From an uncultured Bacilli bacterium (lineage in GTDB: Bacteria; Bacillota_I; Bacilli_A; RF39; UBA660): 64,000 nt of DNA. Below, piece after piece: positions 39,938-49,304 of the stretch. Below the pieces are notes generated by a model, which ran no database searches, was not told the DNA's origin, and saw only the letters and a list, made by a program, of their open reading frames with translations. Made by a program: the position numbers and the translations under genes. The stretch is from NCBI GenBank assembly GCA_947628235.1, contig CANQZC010000006.1, positions 8,727-72,726 on the forward strand, read 5' to 3'. Numbering within the stretch: the first letter of the stretch is position 1; every line of letters starts with the position of its first letter.

Positions 39938-42900
39938 TCACTTTCTTTTTTCTTTTACAATCCATTTATCGAAGGTAGCAAGTGTTCCTGGAAGGAAGAG
40001 TAAAATCATCATCGCTGAGAAGAAGGTTCCCTTCGATAAAGTTCTACAGATTACTCCTGCTACAGCAGAAGCAAAGACTCCTACAATCAAAGTAACAATA
40101 ACTAAAATAGAAGCACTTGTTACAATCGTATGGATGGAATTGTTATAGGCAAAAATAATGGAATCTAAAACAGATTTGGTCTTTCTTGCCTCTAGATAAT
40201 ACGAAGTATAAAGAATGGCATAGTCAATTGTTGCGCCCATCAAAATACTTTGGACAATTAAAATAGAAATAAAGTAAATAGAACCCATGAAAGATAGTAC
40301 ACCCATCGTAAAGAAAACAGCACTTTGAATTAATAAAACTAATAAAATCGCAATGAAGACAGAATGGAAAGTAACTGCTACTACAAGGAAAATAAACAAC
40401 ATCGTTAAAATCGTAATAAAGTTTAATTCTCCTTGGAATGTCTTACTCATTTCAAGAGCCATTGGGGAATCTCCTACAAAATAAACATCTTCCCCTTTTA
40501 AATCTTCTCGCATTTCTTCTAATAGTTCAAAAGTTTCTTTGGATTCTTTTTCTAATTTAGTATTTAAAACAATACGAGAATGATTCTTACCAATTAAGAG
40601 TTCCTTCGCATCCGCAATATCTTCTTCGGCTTGTTTTATTTCTTTTTCTCTTTCCGCATCGATATAGTCTTCAAACCGTTTATCTTTTAAAATCACCGTA
40701 TTTAGGTAAGTCACAAACTCTTCCACAGTAAGTGTCCAAGTAGAATCAAATTCCTTTTCACTACCATAATACATATAAACTAAATCTAATAGATCTTTTT
40801 CTAAATTATTAGATAGAGAAGATAGTAGTTGATAAAGTTCTTCTTTATCGTACTCTTTTTGATGAAGAGTATCTGTAATGATTTGATTTACAATCGTTAA
40901 TCTTTCTTTCGTATCTTTCGAAAAATTCGATTGATATTCTTTTTCCTTCATGACATCATTCAATAAGAAAGGAATAAATTCTTGATAAGAAATTGTTATC
41001 TTTTTCTTACTTACTAACTGATCATATAAAGAATATAGATTAGAAATCATCTTAGAATCCATAGAGAGAAATTTAGACATTTCAGAAGAAGTATACTTTT
41101 GATTCTTTAAGGCACTATTCATTACCTTCTTTAAAAGGTTCAATTTTGAAATCATTTCTTTCGAAAGTTGTCCTTTTAAAAGATCGTCATTTTGATGTTC
41201 TAATAAGAAATTAACAAACTCTTGAGGATTTAACTTAATCTCTTTTTGGAAGAAAAGAACATATAAATTCTTCGTAGTATCTTCCTCTAAAGAGAAGAAT
41301 TTACTCATTTCAGAGGAAGAATATTCTTGTTTTAAACGAACAGAAGTCATGTATTGATAAGCATTTTCTAAAGTATCCATCTCTTCTTTAGAAGCTCCCC
41401 AATATTCTAATTGCTCTCTTGCTGCTACTAAAGTTCCTACAAACTCGTAGGGAGTAATTAAAGTTGTATCAAAATCTTGACCAGCATATAAAAGCATGAA
41501 AATTAAGCGAAGTCTACCCTCTTCGATACCAAATACTTTTCCTAAAGCAGAAGGTGTCATCGGTTGATCTTGAAATGAAAGTGGAAGAATTGTAGCAAGT
41601 TTTTCTAAAGTAGAGGCTGTTTCTTCTTCTATTTCATAATTTGGATTTGGAAGAATTTCTTGTACTAAAAAGGAAACAAATTTATCGATTGTCATCTTTT
41701 TATCCATTGGACTTAAAATTCCATAATAAGTATATAAACTTTCTACTAAAGAATCCTCTAAAGAGAAGAAAGTCGCTAATTCTTGAGAAGACATCTTCTT
41801 CGTAATTTTATTTTTGTCAGTAAAGGTAGTTAATTCCTGAATGCTTTCTTTGGTTTTAGAATCTATTTGCGATTGATATTTAGAATTCGTTAAAATCTTT
41901 TGATTTAAGAAATTAGCAAACTCCTTCAAGGTCAATTTTGTAGTTACTTTCTTAGAATCATAGTAAGTAAATAAATCTTCTACTTTTGACTTTTCAATAT
42001 TTAATGTAGTGGCGATTTCCGAAATTGTTCTTTTCTTCGCTAATTCTTCTTTGGTAGAGAAGAACGCTAATTTATCAATTTCTTTTTTTCGCTCAGGAGT
42101 CATATCCTCGGCCATATCTTCATTCTGATAAACCGTATCTTGTAAGAAAGAGACAAACTCTCCTAGCGTCATCGTATTATCTTCTTCTGGATGATAATAA
42201 TGATAATAAAGAATGTTCATAATATAGTCTTCAATTGTGGTAGAAGAACCTAAATCATTTAATCTATCTGGTAAATCTTCTTTTAAAAGAGCTTCATCAA
42301 TGGTATTTCCATAACATAAAACTTCTCCAAAAGAACCCTGTTGATCTAATTCTCGACAGTATTTTCCAAATTTTTCTTCCTCTTCATTCGGATAAATTAA
42401 AACAATTTGATTATCTGGAGTAAAGATGGTATCTATCTTATCTACTCCAGATTCTGTATAAAGAAGTCCTAAACTTCCTTTTAATAGATAACTACCAACA
42501 AAGATAATTAAGAAGAAAATGGCAATACCACGGTGTGCCTTATACTCTAACTTTCCTAACCAATTAAGCGTAATAATAGGACTTTTTTTCTTCCATTTAA
42601 AAATCCACTTATCACATAATAAAATCAAGCCTGGAAGACAAGCAAAAATACTAAGAAGACTAAATAATACTCCTTTTGCAAGTACAAAACCTAAATCTCT
42701 TCCAATCGTAAAACTCATAAAAATGAGCGCTAAAAGCCCTACAATCGTCGTTATCGAACTACTAGAAATAGAACTAAAAGAGTGATGTAGTGCATTTTTC
42801 ATAGCGACTACTTTATCTTTTTCTTTTTCTCTTTCTTGACGATAACGGTTCATTAACATAATCGAATAATCCATTGAAAGTGCCATCTGCAAAATAGAAG

Positions 42901-43519
42901 CAATTGACTCAGTAATATGAGAAACGCTAGGAAAAATCATATTCGTTCCCTTATTTAAAGCAACAGCAATTAAAATAACAAATAAGAATAATACTGGTTC
43001 AATATAAGATTCAGACATGATTTCTAGAATGATAAACGCACTGAGAACCGCAATCACAATAACATAAAAAGGTAAAACCGTTCGATTACGATTAGACACA
43101 TCGCCACTAGTTTCGATAATTTCATCCTTTAAGTCTTGATTTACTTTTTGAAATACCGAAGTAGCTTCTTTACTATCGGCATCGACATCTAAAGTCATTT
43201 CAAAGAGATAACTATTTTCTACTTTCTCCACACTAACCTCTTCTACATGCTCTAAAGAAGATAAATAGTCGAGAGTTTCTACCATTTCTTTTTCCTCTAA
43301 ATCTTCTAATAAGATATTCAGAGTACTAATCTCACTATCAAACTCTTTTTCCATTAAATCTAGACCTTGTCTAGTTTCAGAACTACTTGGTAAATATTTC
43401 GTAATATCGTAATTAATTTTTACAGAAGAAAAGGAAAAAACAGATAATCCAGCCAAAATTATAAATAAAATGAGAACAGCATAACGATGATTGACAATAC
43501 CATCAGAAATTTTTTTCAT
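39938..43519 (-). CDS. MMPL/RND-superfamily-like membrane transporter with a large internal ~50-aa repeat array
   Basis: 1193 aa; two 6-TM bundles; central soluble region with >=6 repeats of S.E[ML][AS].F[FL]S[LM][ED]...LY..Y.....K.T[IL]..[EF]V.FL; divergent TetR. Confidence 0.7.
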   Translation of the reverse strand: MKKISDGIVNHRYAVLILFIILAGLSVFSFSSVKINYDITKYLPSSSETRQGLDLMEKEFDSEISTLNILLEDLEEKEMVETLDYLSSLEHVEEVSVEKVENSYLFEMTLDVDADSKEATSVFQKVNQDLKDEIIETSGDVSNRNRTVLPFYVIVIAVLSAFIILEIMSESYIEPVLFLFVILIAVALNKGTNMIFPSVSHITESIASILQMALSMDYSIMLMNRYRQEREKEKDKVVAMKNALHHSFSSISSSSITTIVGLLALIFMSFTIGRDLGFVLAKGVLFSLLSIFACLPGLILLCDKWIFKWKKKSPIITLNWLGKLEYKAHRGIAIFFLIIFVGSYLLKGSLGLLYTESGVDKIDTIFTPDNQIVLIYPNEEEEKFGKYCRELDQQGSFGEVLCYGNTIDEALLKEDLPDRLNDLGSSTTIEDYIMNILYYHYYHPEEDNTMTLGEFVSFLQDTVYQNEDMAEDMTPERKKEIDKLAFFSTKEELAKKRTISEIATTLNIEKSKVEDLFTYYDSKKVTTKLTLKEFANFLNQKILTNSKYQSQIDSKTKESIQELTTFTDKNKITKKMSSQELATFFSLEDSLVESLYTYYGILSPMDKKMTIDKFVSFLVQEILPNPNYEIEEETASTLEKLATILPLSFQDQPMTPSALGKVFGIEEGRLRLIFMLLYAGQDFDTTLITPYEFVGTLVAAREQLEYWGASKEEMDTLENAYQYMTSVRLKQEYSSSEMSKFFSLEEDTTKNLYVLFFQKEIKLNPQEFVNFLLEHQNDDLLKGQLSKEMISKLNLLKKVMNSALKNQKYTSSEMSKFLSMDSKMISNLYSLYDQLVSKKKITISYQEFIPFLLNDVMKEKEYQSNFSKDTKERLTIVNQIITDTLHQKEYDKEELYQLLSSLSNNLEKDLLDLVYMYYGSEKEFDSTWTLTVEEFVTYLNTVILKDKRFEDYIDAEREKEIKQAEEDIADAKELLIGKNHSRIVLNTKLEKESKETFELLEEMREDLKGEDVYFVGDSPMALEMSKTFQGELNFITILTMLFIFLVVAVTFHSVFIAILLVLLIQSAVFFTMGVLSFMGSIYFISILIVQSILMGATIDYAILYTSYYLEARKTKSVLDSIIFAYNNSIHTIVTSASILVIVTLIVGVFASAVAGVICRTLSKGTFFSAMMILLFLPGTLATFDKWIVKEKRK

Positions 43520-43667
43520 ATTTCTTCTCCTTTCATGAACTCAAGTAACGATTATAGCAAATCTCTTTCTTCCCGTAAATGACAAATGATTGAATAATGT
43601 CTAAATTTATACACTGTCTTTACTTTTGTTAAAATAAGTGTATAATAAATTCTTAGGAGATGAGTTT

Positions 43668-44219
43668 ATGAAAGTAAAAAATAAAAATATTTCTTCATTA
43701 AAAACAAGAGAAAAAATCAAAAAAGCATTTGCTTCTCTCATGGTAGAAAAAAAAGATTTAAGTAAAATTACAGTGACTGATTTAGTCCAGATTGCCGATA
43801 TCACGAGAGGTACTTTCTATACTCACTATGAAAACATTTACGAGGTAGCAAAAGATATTCAAGATGAAACTTTTGAAGTTCTTCTTCATAATATTCATGA
43901 ACTAGAAGAAGTAGAAAGCATGGACTCTTATTTTCAAGAAATTTTTTCTTATCTAAAAGAAAATGAAGAGATGTACTCTATGGTTTTATCTAGTAATACA
44001 CCTCTTTTCTTTACTAAAAAATTAGATATTTTAATGAATGAAAAACTATTAGAAACTTTTTCTAAAAAGAAGATTCCCAACCTAGAACTTACCATTTCTT
44101 TCTTTGTCGATGGTTGCATGAGTCTTGTTATTAAACACTTTCGAAAAGAATCTCCCTATTCTTTAGAAGAGATTCAATACTATATTCAAAATTTATTTCA
44201 ACATTTATTTTTACAATAA
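43668..44219 (+). CDS. TetR/AcrR family transcriptional regulator
   Basis: HTH ITVTDLVQIADITRGTFYTHY; start at ATG 43668 after AGGAGA RBS and TGtATAAT; divergent from the MMPL gene. Confidence 0.8.
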   Translation: MKVKNKNISSLKTREKIKKAFASLMVEKKDLSKITVTDLVQIADITRGTFYTHYENIYEVAKDIQDETFEVLLHNIHELEEVESMDSYFQEIFSYLKENEEMYSMVLSSNTPLFFTKKLDILMNEKLLETFSKKKIPNLELTISFFVDGCMSLVIKHFRKESPYSLEEIQYYIQNLFQHLFLQ

Positions 44220-44221
44220 AA

Positions 44222-44239
44222 AAGGCTGATTATTCAGCC
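44222..44239. terminator. palindromic bidirectional terminator (AGGCTGATTATTCAGCCT) flanked by A/T runs
   Basis: Perfect 7-bp stem; T-run on both strands. Confidence 0.6.
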
Positions 44240-44240
44240 T

Positions 44241-44272
44241 TTTATAATTCAATCAATTCGTATTCTCTAGAA
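44241..44272. repeat. 32-nt direct repeat copy 1 (TTATAATTCAATCAATTCGTATTCTCTAGAAC)
   Basis: 31/32 identical to 47866-47897; each copy lies next to a different palindromic hairpin. Confidence 0.8.
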
Positions 44273-44298
44273 CAAGACCAATATAAATATTTTATCTC

Positions 44299-45282
44299 CT
44301 ATAAACTAAACTCTGTTATTTTAGTACCATCTTTCTTTGTAATTAAGTAGTTCTTTCCTTTTTTGAATACATAAGTATCATCATAAATATAATAGGTATT
44401 ATATTTGGCATCCATATATTCTTTACCATTTATGTCAATCAAAACAATATAGGTTCCATCATCTTTTTTTACTTCTGCAAAAATCCTTTCTGGATTTTCA
44501 TCATCAAAAATGAAATTACTATACTTTCCTGGTTCTATTACATAATCCCCGTTTGTATCAATTAAACCAGTTCCTGTTTCATTTCCTACAACAGCATAGC
44601 CAAAACTATTGAATTCGTGCTTTGTATCAAAATTTTTATCTTCAAATATAGGTTTATTATCTTTATAGTATGTTGACTCATAGTAGCTTTGATATAAAGT
44701 TATTTCAGGCTCTTTTTCTTCCAGAGCTTCTACTTCATTACCCTTTGTATCGATATAGATGGTTTCCCCATATGCTGGCATAACTTTTGCAATACCATTT
44801 TTAAAGGAATTACATTCATAGAATGTTCTACCAAATAATTCATTACCTTCTTTATCAATGTAGACATTTTGGGTTGTTCCAGCTGTGGAAACACAAGCCA
44901 TTCCCTCACTAAAATTAATTCTATAACTCCTCTCATAAGTATAGCCAGATGCGTACTCATATTTAGGTTCAATAACAAACTCATTTTTATTATTGATATA
45001 TCCTACTTTTCCATCTTTTACAACTGCCGCTAAACCATCATAGAAACCATAAGCAGCATCATATTGTAAATCTATTACTAATTTTCCATCAGCATTTACA
45101 TAGCCCCATTTAGCATCATTATACAAAGTTCCTGTATATACTGGATATAAATTTTCATTGACATTAGAAGAAGATTCATTTGAATCTTTCAGACTGTTGA
45201 CAAACAAAAAATTTGAAAACAATCTGAGACTATCATTTCTGATAGTCTCATATAGATCATTTATCATTTTCATCGTCACCAA
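44299..45282 (-). CDS. WG-repeat (KWG-like beta-repeat) containing protein
   Basis: Recurrent WGY.N..G..VI.P.YD.A..F.DGLA.V segments. Confidence 0.65.
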   Translation of the reverse strand: MVTMKMINDLYETIRNDSLRLFSNFLFVNSLKDSNESSSNVNENLYPVYTGTLYNDAKWGYVNADGKLVIDLQYDAAYGFYDGLAAVVKDGKVGYINNKNEFVIEPKYEYASGYTYERSYRINFSEGMACVSTAGTTQNVYIDKEGNELFGRTFYECNSFKNGIAKVMPAYGETIYIDTKGNEVEALEEKEPEITLYQSYYESTYYKDNKPIFEDKNFDTKHEFNSFGYAVVGNETGTGLIDTNGDYVIEPGKYSNFIFDDENPERIFAEVKKDDGTYIVLIDINGKEYMDAKYNTYYIYDDTYVFKKGKNYLITKKDGTKITEFSL

Positions 45283-46021
45283 ATAAATTAAATGAATTTA
45301 TTTCACCAGTCTTTTGTCCACTTCCATTTTTAAATTCGGTAGTTTTGATGCCACCACCCCAGTCGTAAGTTGTTGAACTACCTTTATAATTTCCAAATTG
45401 ATCAGTATAATGAACAGTTTTGAAAAAAGGTTTGGACTTTTTATTCTCGTGTTGATCATTATTATCATTATTATTTTTGTAAATATTTATATTACTACCA
45501 ACTGCATGTTCGATTGGTTCTCCTTTATAAGAAATAAATAAAAATGGTAGTGTCAAAATAAATGAAACAATTATAGATGTAATAATACCTTCTTTTTCCA
45601 TTAATGACATAACGAAAAACGCTATCATAATAGAATACATAAAACATTTACCGGCTAAATATCTATCCATTTTTTGCTTATATTCTACATTATATTTTAC
45701 TCTATATTTCTGATTCACTTCATCAGCATATGGATGCTTAACTACTCCATCATCTGGAACATATTTAAAAACTTGTGTTTTAATCAGGATAAATTGAAGA
45801 ATTCTGTTAAAAATTTTTGAAATAATATAACCAATGATTATATAAACATAAAATACCAATATATTCATTTTCTCATCTTTACTTGAAAATCCTGCAATAG
45901 CAATGGTTAAAAATCCAAATAGGCAAGACAAAAAGCAGAATATTAACCGTTGTTTCAAATTGTATTGATTATATTCATTTTTATACTTGTTTTCCTTTTT
46001 ACTTAATTTCATATATAACAT
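45257..46021 (-). CDS. hypothetical membrane protein (4 TM) with Gly/Asn-rich C-terminus
   Basis: 254 aa; 26-nt overlap with downstream WG-repeat gene (translational coupling). Confidence 0.5.
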   Translation of the reverse strand: MLYMKLSKKENKYKNEYNQYNLKQRLIFCFLSCLFGFLTIAIAGFSSKDEKMNILVFYVYIIIGYIISKIFNRILQFILIKTQVFKYVPDDGVVKHPYADEVNQKYRVKYNVEYKQKMDRYLAGKCFMYSIMIAFFVMSLMEKEGIITSIIVSFILTLPFLFISYKGEPIEHAVGSNINIYKNNNDNNDQHENKKSKPFFKTVHYTDQFGNYKGSSTTYDWGGGIKTTEFKNGSGQKTGEINSFNLFGDDENDK

Positions 46022-46120
46022 CCCCTACTCCATTATAAATAAAATTTTTACCAAGAAGAATTACATACAATATACTCAATATTTTCTTTTTCATATCACT
46101 TTACTCTCTTTCTCTTTATA

Positions 46121-46160
46121 CTTTTATTATATATATATATATATATAAAGTCAATATGAA
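46121..46160 (-). promoter_or_regulatory. promoter copy 1: TTGACT - TT(TA)10 - overlapping TATAAT
   Basis: Minus strand TCATATTGACTTT(TA)10ATAA; -35 TTGACT at 46149-46154, (TA)10 at 46128-46147; about 100 nt upstream of 45257..46021. Confidence 0.55.
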
Positions 46161-46247
46161 TAAAAAAATGGAAAAGAAAAAGACTATCATTTCTGATAAT
46201 CCTTTTGTTATTAATTTTCTTCTAGTTCATGTTTAAGATAAAGTATA

Positions 46248-47273
46248 CTATTCCTCTAGTTCGTCCCATTCCTTTTCTGTTGATTTTTCAAATGAATTAG
46301 TGCGAATATTAAACTTGTAATAGTCATACTCATTGGTTTTCTTATCGACAATATATAGAATCATAGTATCATCATGCCATATACTATCAGATACCTCAAA
46401 GCCATAAATGCTTATTGATATTTTAGAATCTAATTCTTCTTTTATCTTATCAAAATCTTCTTGTTTATTAATATCATAGACTTTATATAGTTCGTCTAAA
46501 GCATCATTATAAACCCCTTTTAAAAATTCATATTTATCTGTTACCTTTTTCTCTTTTCGAATTTTATCATAAGAATCATTATCATATTTAAATTGTGAAG
46601 TTATAAAATCTTTTGCTTGTGGGAACTCTTTATATGATGTTTCTGCTGCTAGCATTAATGAGGTAGAAAAAACAGCACTATCCAATAACAATATGAGAAC
46701 ACTTGCAGCCATTAAAGTGAAATCGAACCCATGTTCTCTTATCTCATTTATTATATTAATAATAATTAATGGGATAAAAATTCCATATAACATTCTTGGA
46801 ACATATCCATAATAAATTAGGTTTAGGAATATTGAATGTGGAGGATTAATAAATGAATTTATTAAGAATACAATTAATATTATTGCCTCAATCATTACTA
46901 TTCTTTTGCGTTTAATAGACTTAGTATCTTCATTTTCCAACGCTTTATCCTGCTGCTTATTATTCTTAATTCTTATTTTTTTACCATAAAATTTAATATA
47001 CTCGCTATCTTCTTGTTTCTTTTTCGTAAATAAATTTTTTATTTTTCCTAAAACATCTTTAAACTCAATAAAAGTTTGATTACCAAACATAGCATATCGA
47101 ATAAACCTCATTAGTTCAATGGAAGAAATTACTATAACAATAATTGCTTCAACATATAGGTCTGTAGCACCTGCCATCTCTAATACCAAAAAATAGACTA
47201 TAAGAGGAAATACTTCATCTAGGCCAACTCCAATTGTTAAAAAAACGATAAATAAAAATAGAAACATTCCCAT
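46248..47273 (-). CDS. hypothetical membrane protein (N-terminal TM domain, acidic soluble C-terminal domain)
   Basis: 341 aa, ATG start, 4-5 TM helices. Confidence 0.5.
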   Translation of the reverse strand: MGMFLFLFIVFLTIGVGLDEVFPLIVYFLVLEMAGATDLYVEAIIVIVISSIELMRFIRYAMFGNQTFIEFKDVLGKIKNLFTKKKQEDSEYIKFYGKKIRIKNNKQQDKALENEDTKSIKRKRIVMIEAIILIVFLINSFINPPHSIFLNLIYYGYVPRMLYGIFIPLIIINIINEIREHGFDFTLMAASVLILLLDSAVFSTSLMLAAETSYKEFPQAKDFITSQFKYDNDSYDKIRKEKKVTDKYEFLKGVYNDALDELYKVYDINKQEDFDKIKEELDSKISISIYGFEVSDSIWHDDTMILYIVDKKTNEYDYYKFNIRTNSFEKSTEKEWDELEE

Positions 47274-47336
47274 AATTACATACTCCTAACTTTATAAGTT
47301 TATACTTCCTATCCCTTTGAGGCTAATTACTTTTTA

Positions 47337-47376
47337 TACTCTTATTATATATATATATATATATAAAGTCAATATG
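47337..47376 (-). promoter_or_regulatory. promoter copy 2: TTGACT - TT(TA)10 - TATAAT (duplicate of 46121-46160)
   Basis: Shared ~45 nt with copy 1 including (TA)10 at 47346-47365; about 65 nt upstream of 46248..47273. Confidence 0.55.
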
Positions 47377-47413
47377 ATAATTTTAAAATAGCATAAAAAA
47401 ATACTAGCTAACA

Positions 47414-47698
47414 CTAGTACTTTTTATTATTCATATATTGTTTAAGTGATAAACTTGCTTTAAATGTTACCACCCTTTTTGGAGAAATTTGAATAATATC
47501 CCCGTTTCTAGGATTAATCCCTTTTCTTTCTTTTCTATCATTCACTTTAAATGTACCGAATCCCGTTAGGACAATTTCTTCTCCATTATCTAATTCATTT
47601 CTTATCGTATCAAAAATAGCATTATATATGGTATCAACATCTTTTGATTTTATTTTAGCTGTTTTAGCTACTTTATCTATTAGTTCTGTCTTATACAT
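47414..47698 (-). CDS. HU/IHF family DNA-binding protein (additional HU paralog)
   Basis: 94 aa; GFGTFKV..R.ER.GINPRNG..I.I....V.FK; own TTGAAT-17-TAAAAT promoter upstream. Confidence 0.85.
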   Translation of the reverse strand: MYKTELIDKVAKTAKIKSKDVDTIYNAIFDTIRNELDNGEEIVLTGFGTFKVNDRKERKGINPRNGDIIQISPKRVVTFKASLSLKQYMNNKKY

Positions 47699-47848
47699 AC
47701 ATAATTTCCTCCTTCAGTAAATTACTTTCTTTGTTAATATATTTTATCAGCATTATGTTTTTTATTCAACTATAATACAAACATATTTTTCTTTTTTGAT
47801 TGTTCATTACACCTTTAAAAGATTATTCTTTCATAAAATCACAAAAAA

Positions 47849-47866
47849 AGACTGAAGAATCAGTCT
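47849..47866. terminator. palindromic terminator (AGACTGAAGAATCAGTCT) at DUF362 gene end
   Basis: Perfect 7-bp stem + A/T runs; overlaps stop codon by 1 nt. Confidence 0.6.
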
Positions 47867-47897
47867 TATAATTCAATTAATTCGTATTCTCTAGAAC
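47866..47897. repeat. 32-nt direct repeat copy 2 (overlaps the last 10 codons and stop of 47866..48738)
   Basis: TTATAATTCAATTAATTCGTATTCTCTAGAAC, 31/32 to copy 1. Confidence 0.8.
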
Positions 47898-48738
47898 CCA
47901 TTCCTAACTCACTTGCTGCTTCAATTGTATGTACTCCATGTCTTGAGTTAATTCTTTCTAGTAAATGATCACGCCCTGGATCATCAGATTTTGTTACTAA
48001 ATCGATACAAGCTTGATCGATTGCTACTGGATCTAGGCTTGCTAGAATACCAATATCTTTCATACAAGGATCTTCTGCTACATTACAACAATCACAATCA
48101 ACAGACATATTTGCCATTACATTCACATAAGCAATATTTTTTCCAAAATACTTTGTTACAGAAGAAGCAGCATCTGCCATTGCCTCTAAGAAACTATCTT
48201 GATCTTGATGGAACATATCTTCATAAGAGCCATCATTTCCACAACAGTGGATATATCTTTTTCCATGCCCTGATGCTACTCCAATAGATAATTGTTTTAA
48301 AGCTCCACCATATCCTCCCATAGGATGTCCTTTAAAATGAGATAATACTAACATAGAGTCATAATTTTCTAAATGTTTTCCTACATAATTCTTTTTGATG
48401 ACTTTACCATTTGGAATGTCTAATACCATTTCTTCAGTAGCGTCCATAATATCTACTGTAAAATTTTTTGACCATCCATGATCTTCCATTAACTTCGTAT
48501 GTTTTTCTGTTGTATCTCTAGCGCCATCATACGCTGTATTACATTCTACAACCGTTCCTTGAACATGTTCTATCATTGGTTTCATAAATTCAGGACGAAG
48601 ATAATTTTGATTTCCTTCTTCTCCTGAATGTACCTTAACGGCTACTTTGCCATTTAATTGTACTCCTAATGCGTCATAAACTTTGACTACATTTTCAGGA
48701 GTAATCTCACGAATCAAATATACTTTTGCTTTTTCCAT
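47866..48738 (-). CDS. DUF362-like protein with Cys-rich C-terminal region
   Basis: 290 aa; ...VDCDCCNVAEDPCMKD... cysteine cluster; family call from memory. Confidence 0.5.
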   Translation of the reverse strand: MEKAKVYLIREITPENVVKVYDALGVQLNGKVAVKVHSGEEGNQNYLRPEFMKPMIEHVQGTVVECNTAYDGARDTTEKHTKLMEDHGWSKNFTVDIMDATEEMVLDIPNGKVIKKNYVGKHLENYDSMLVLSHFKGHPMGGYGGALKQLSIGVASGHGKRYIHCCGNDGSYEDMFHQDQDSFLEAMADAASSVTKYFGKNIAYVNVMANMSVDCDCCNVAEDPCMKDIGILASLDPVAIDQACIDLVTKSDDPGRDHLLERINSRHGVHTIEAASELGMGSREYELIEL

Positions 48739-48784
48739 AAATAATTCCTCCTTATTGATTATAGTATATCATATTTTTGAAAAA

Positions 48785-49291
48785 CTATCCTTCTTTAGTA
48801 AAAGTAACAGTGACATTTTCTTCTTTAGAAAGGTCATTTAAAATATCAACATCTAAGACTTTTCCAACTCTAGTATAGGAATAAGCGGTTTCGAAAGAAT
48901 CATAGAAAATAACAAGACAATTATTTTGATAAAGAAGAATATCTCCTTTTTCAATCGTCGAGATATTTTCTACTTTGGTAGGAAAAGTCTCTTCAAAGTA
49001 ATAATACTTCTCATTTCCATTTAATTCTTGCATAGAAAGAGTAAGTGGTATCATTTCTTGTAATTTCATTGCCGTTTCATTTTCTTCCCAAACAATTTCG
49101 GATGTCTTTCCATCAATTTCTATCATCCACTTTTCCTCCTTATTTTCTTCTTCTTTTTTCTCTCCCTGATTTTCATTTGAAAATTTAGCTGCTTCTTTCT
49201 TATTTTCACGAGCAAATAAAATCATAGAAAATAAAAGGATAGATAATAAAATTCCTAATAATAAAGCAATTAATAACAACTTCTTTTTCAT
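48785..49291 (-). CDS. hypothetical membrane-anchored protein (possibly cyclophilin-like fold)
   Basis: 168 aa, N-terminal TM/signal, acidic linker. Confidence 0.4.
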   Translation of the reverse strand: MKKKLLLIALLLGILLSILLFSMILFARENKKEAAKFSNENQGEKKEEENKEEKWMIEIDGKTSEIVWEENETAMKLQEMIPLTLSMQELNGNEKYYYFEETFPTKVENISTIEKGDILLYQNNCLVIFYDSFETAYSYTRVGKVLDVDILNDLSKEENVTVTFTKEG

Positions 49292-49304
49292 CTTTTTCTC
49301 CTAC

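Noticed and set aside
44241-44272. Copy 1 of the 32-mer as a DUF362 pseudogene fragment
   Set aside because: Similarity to the DUF362 gene end is confined to the 32 nt and stops abruptly on both sides with an in-frame stop 18 codons upstream; it is a DNA-level repeat, not a decayed gene.
46128-46147. (TA)10 tract considered as mere low-complexity/AT-rich noise
   Set aside because: Not rejected as noise: it occurs twice in the same ~45-nt context precisely between -35 and -10 elements, so it is reported as a candidate phase-variation switch instead.
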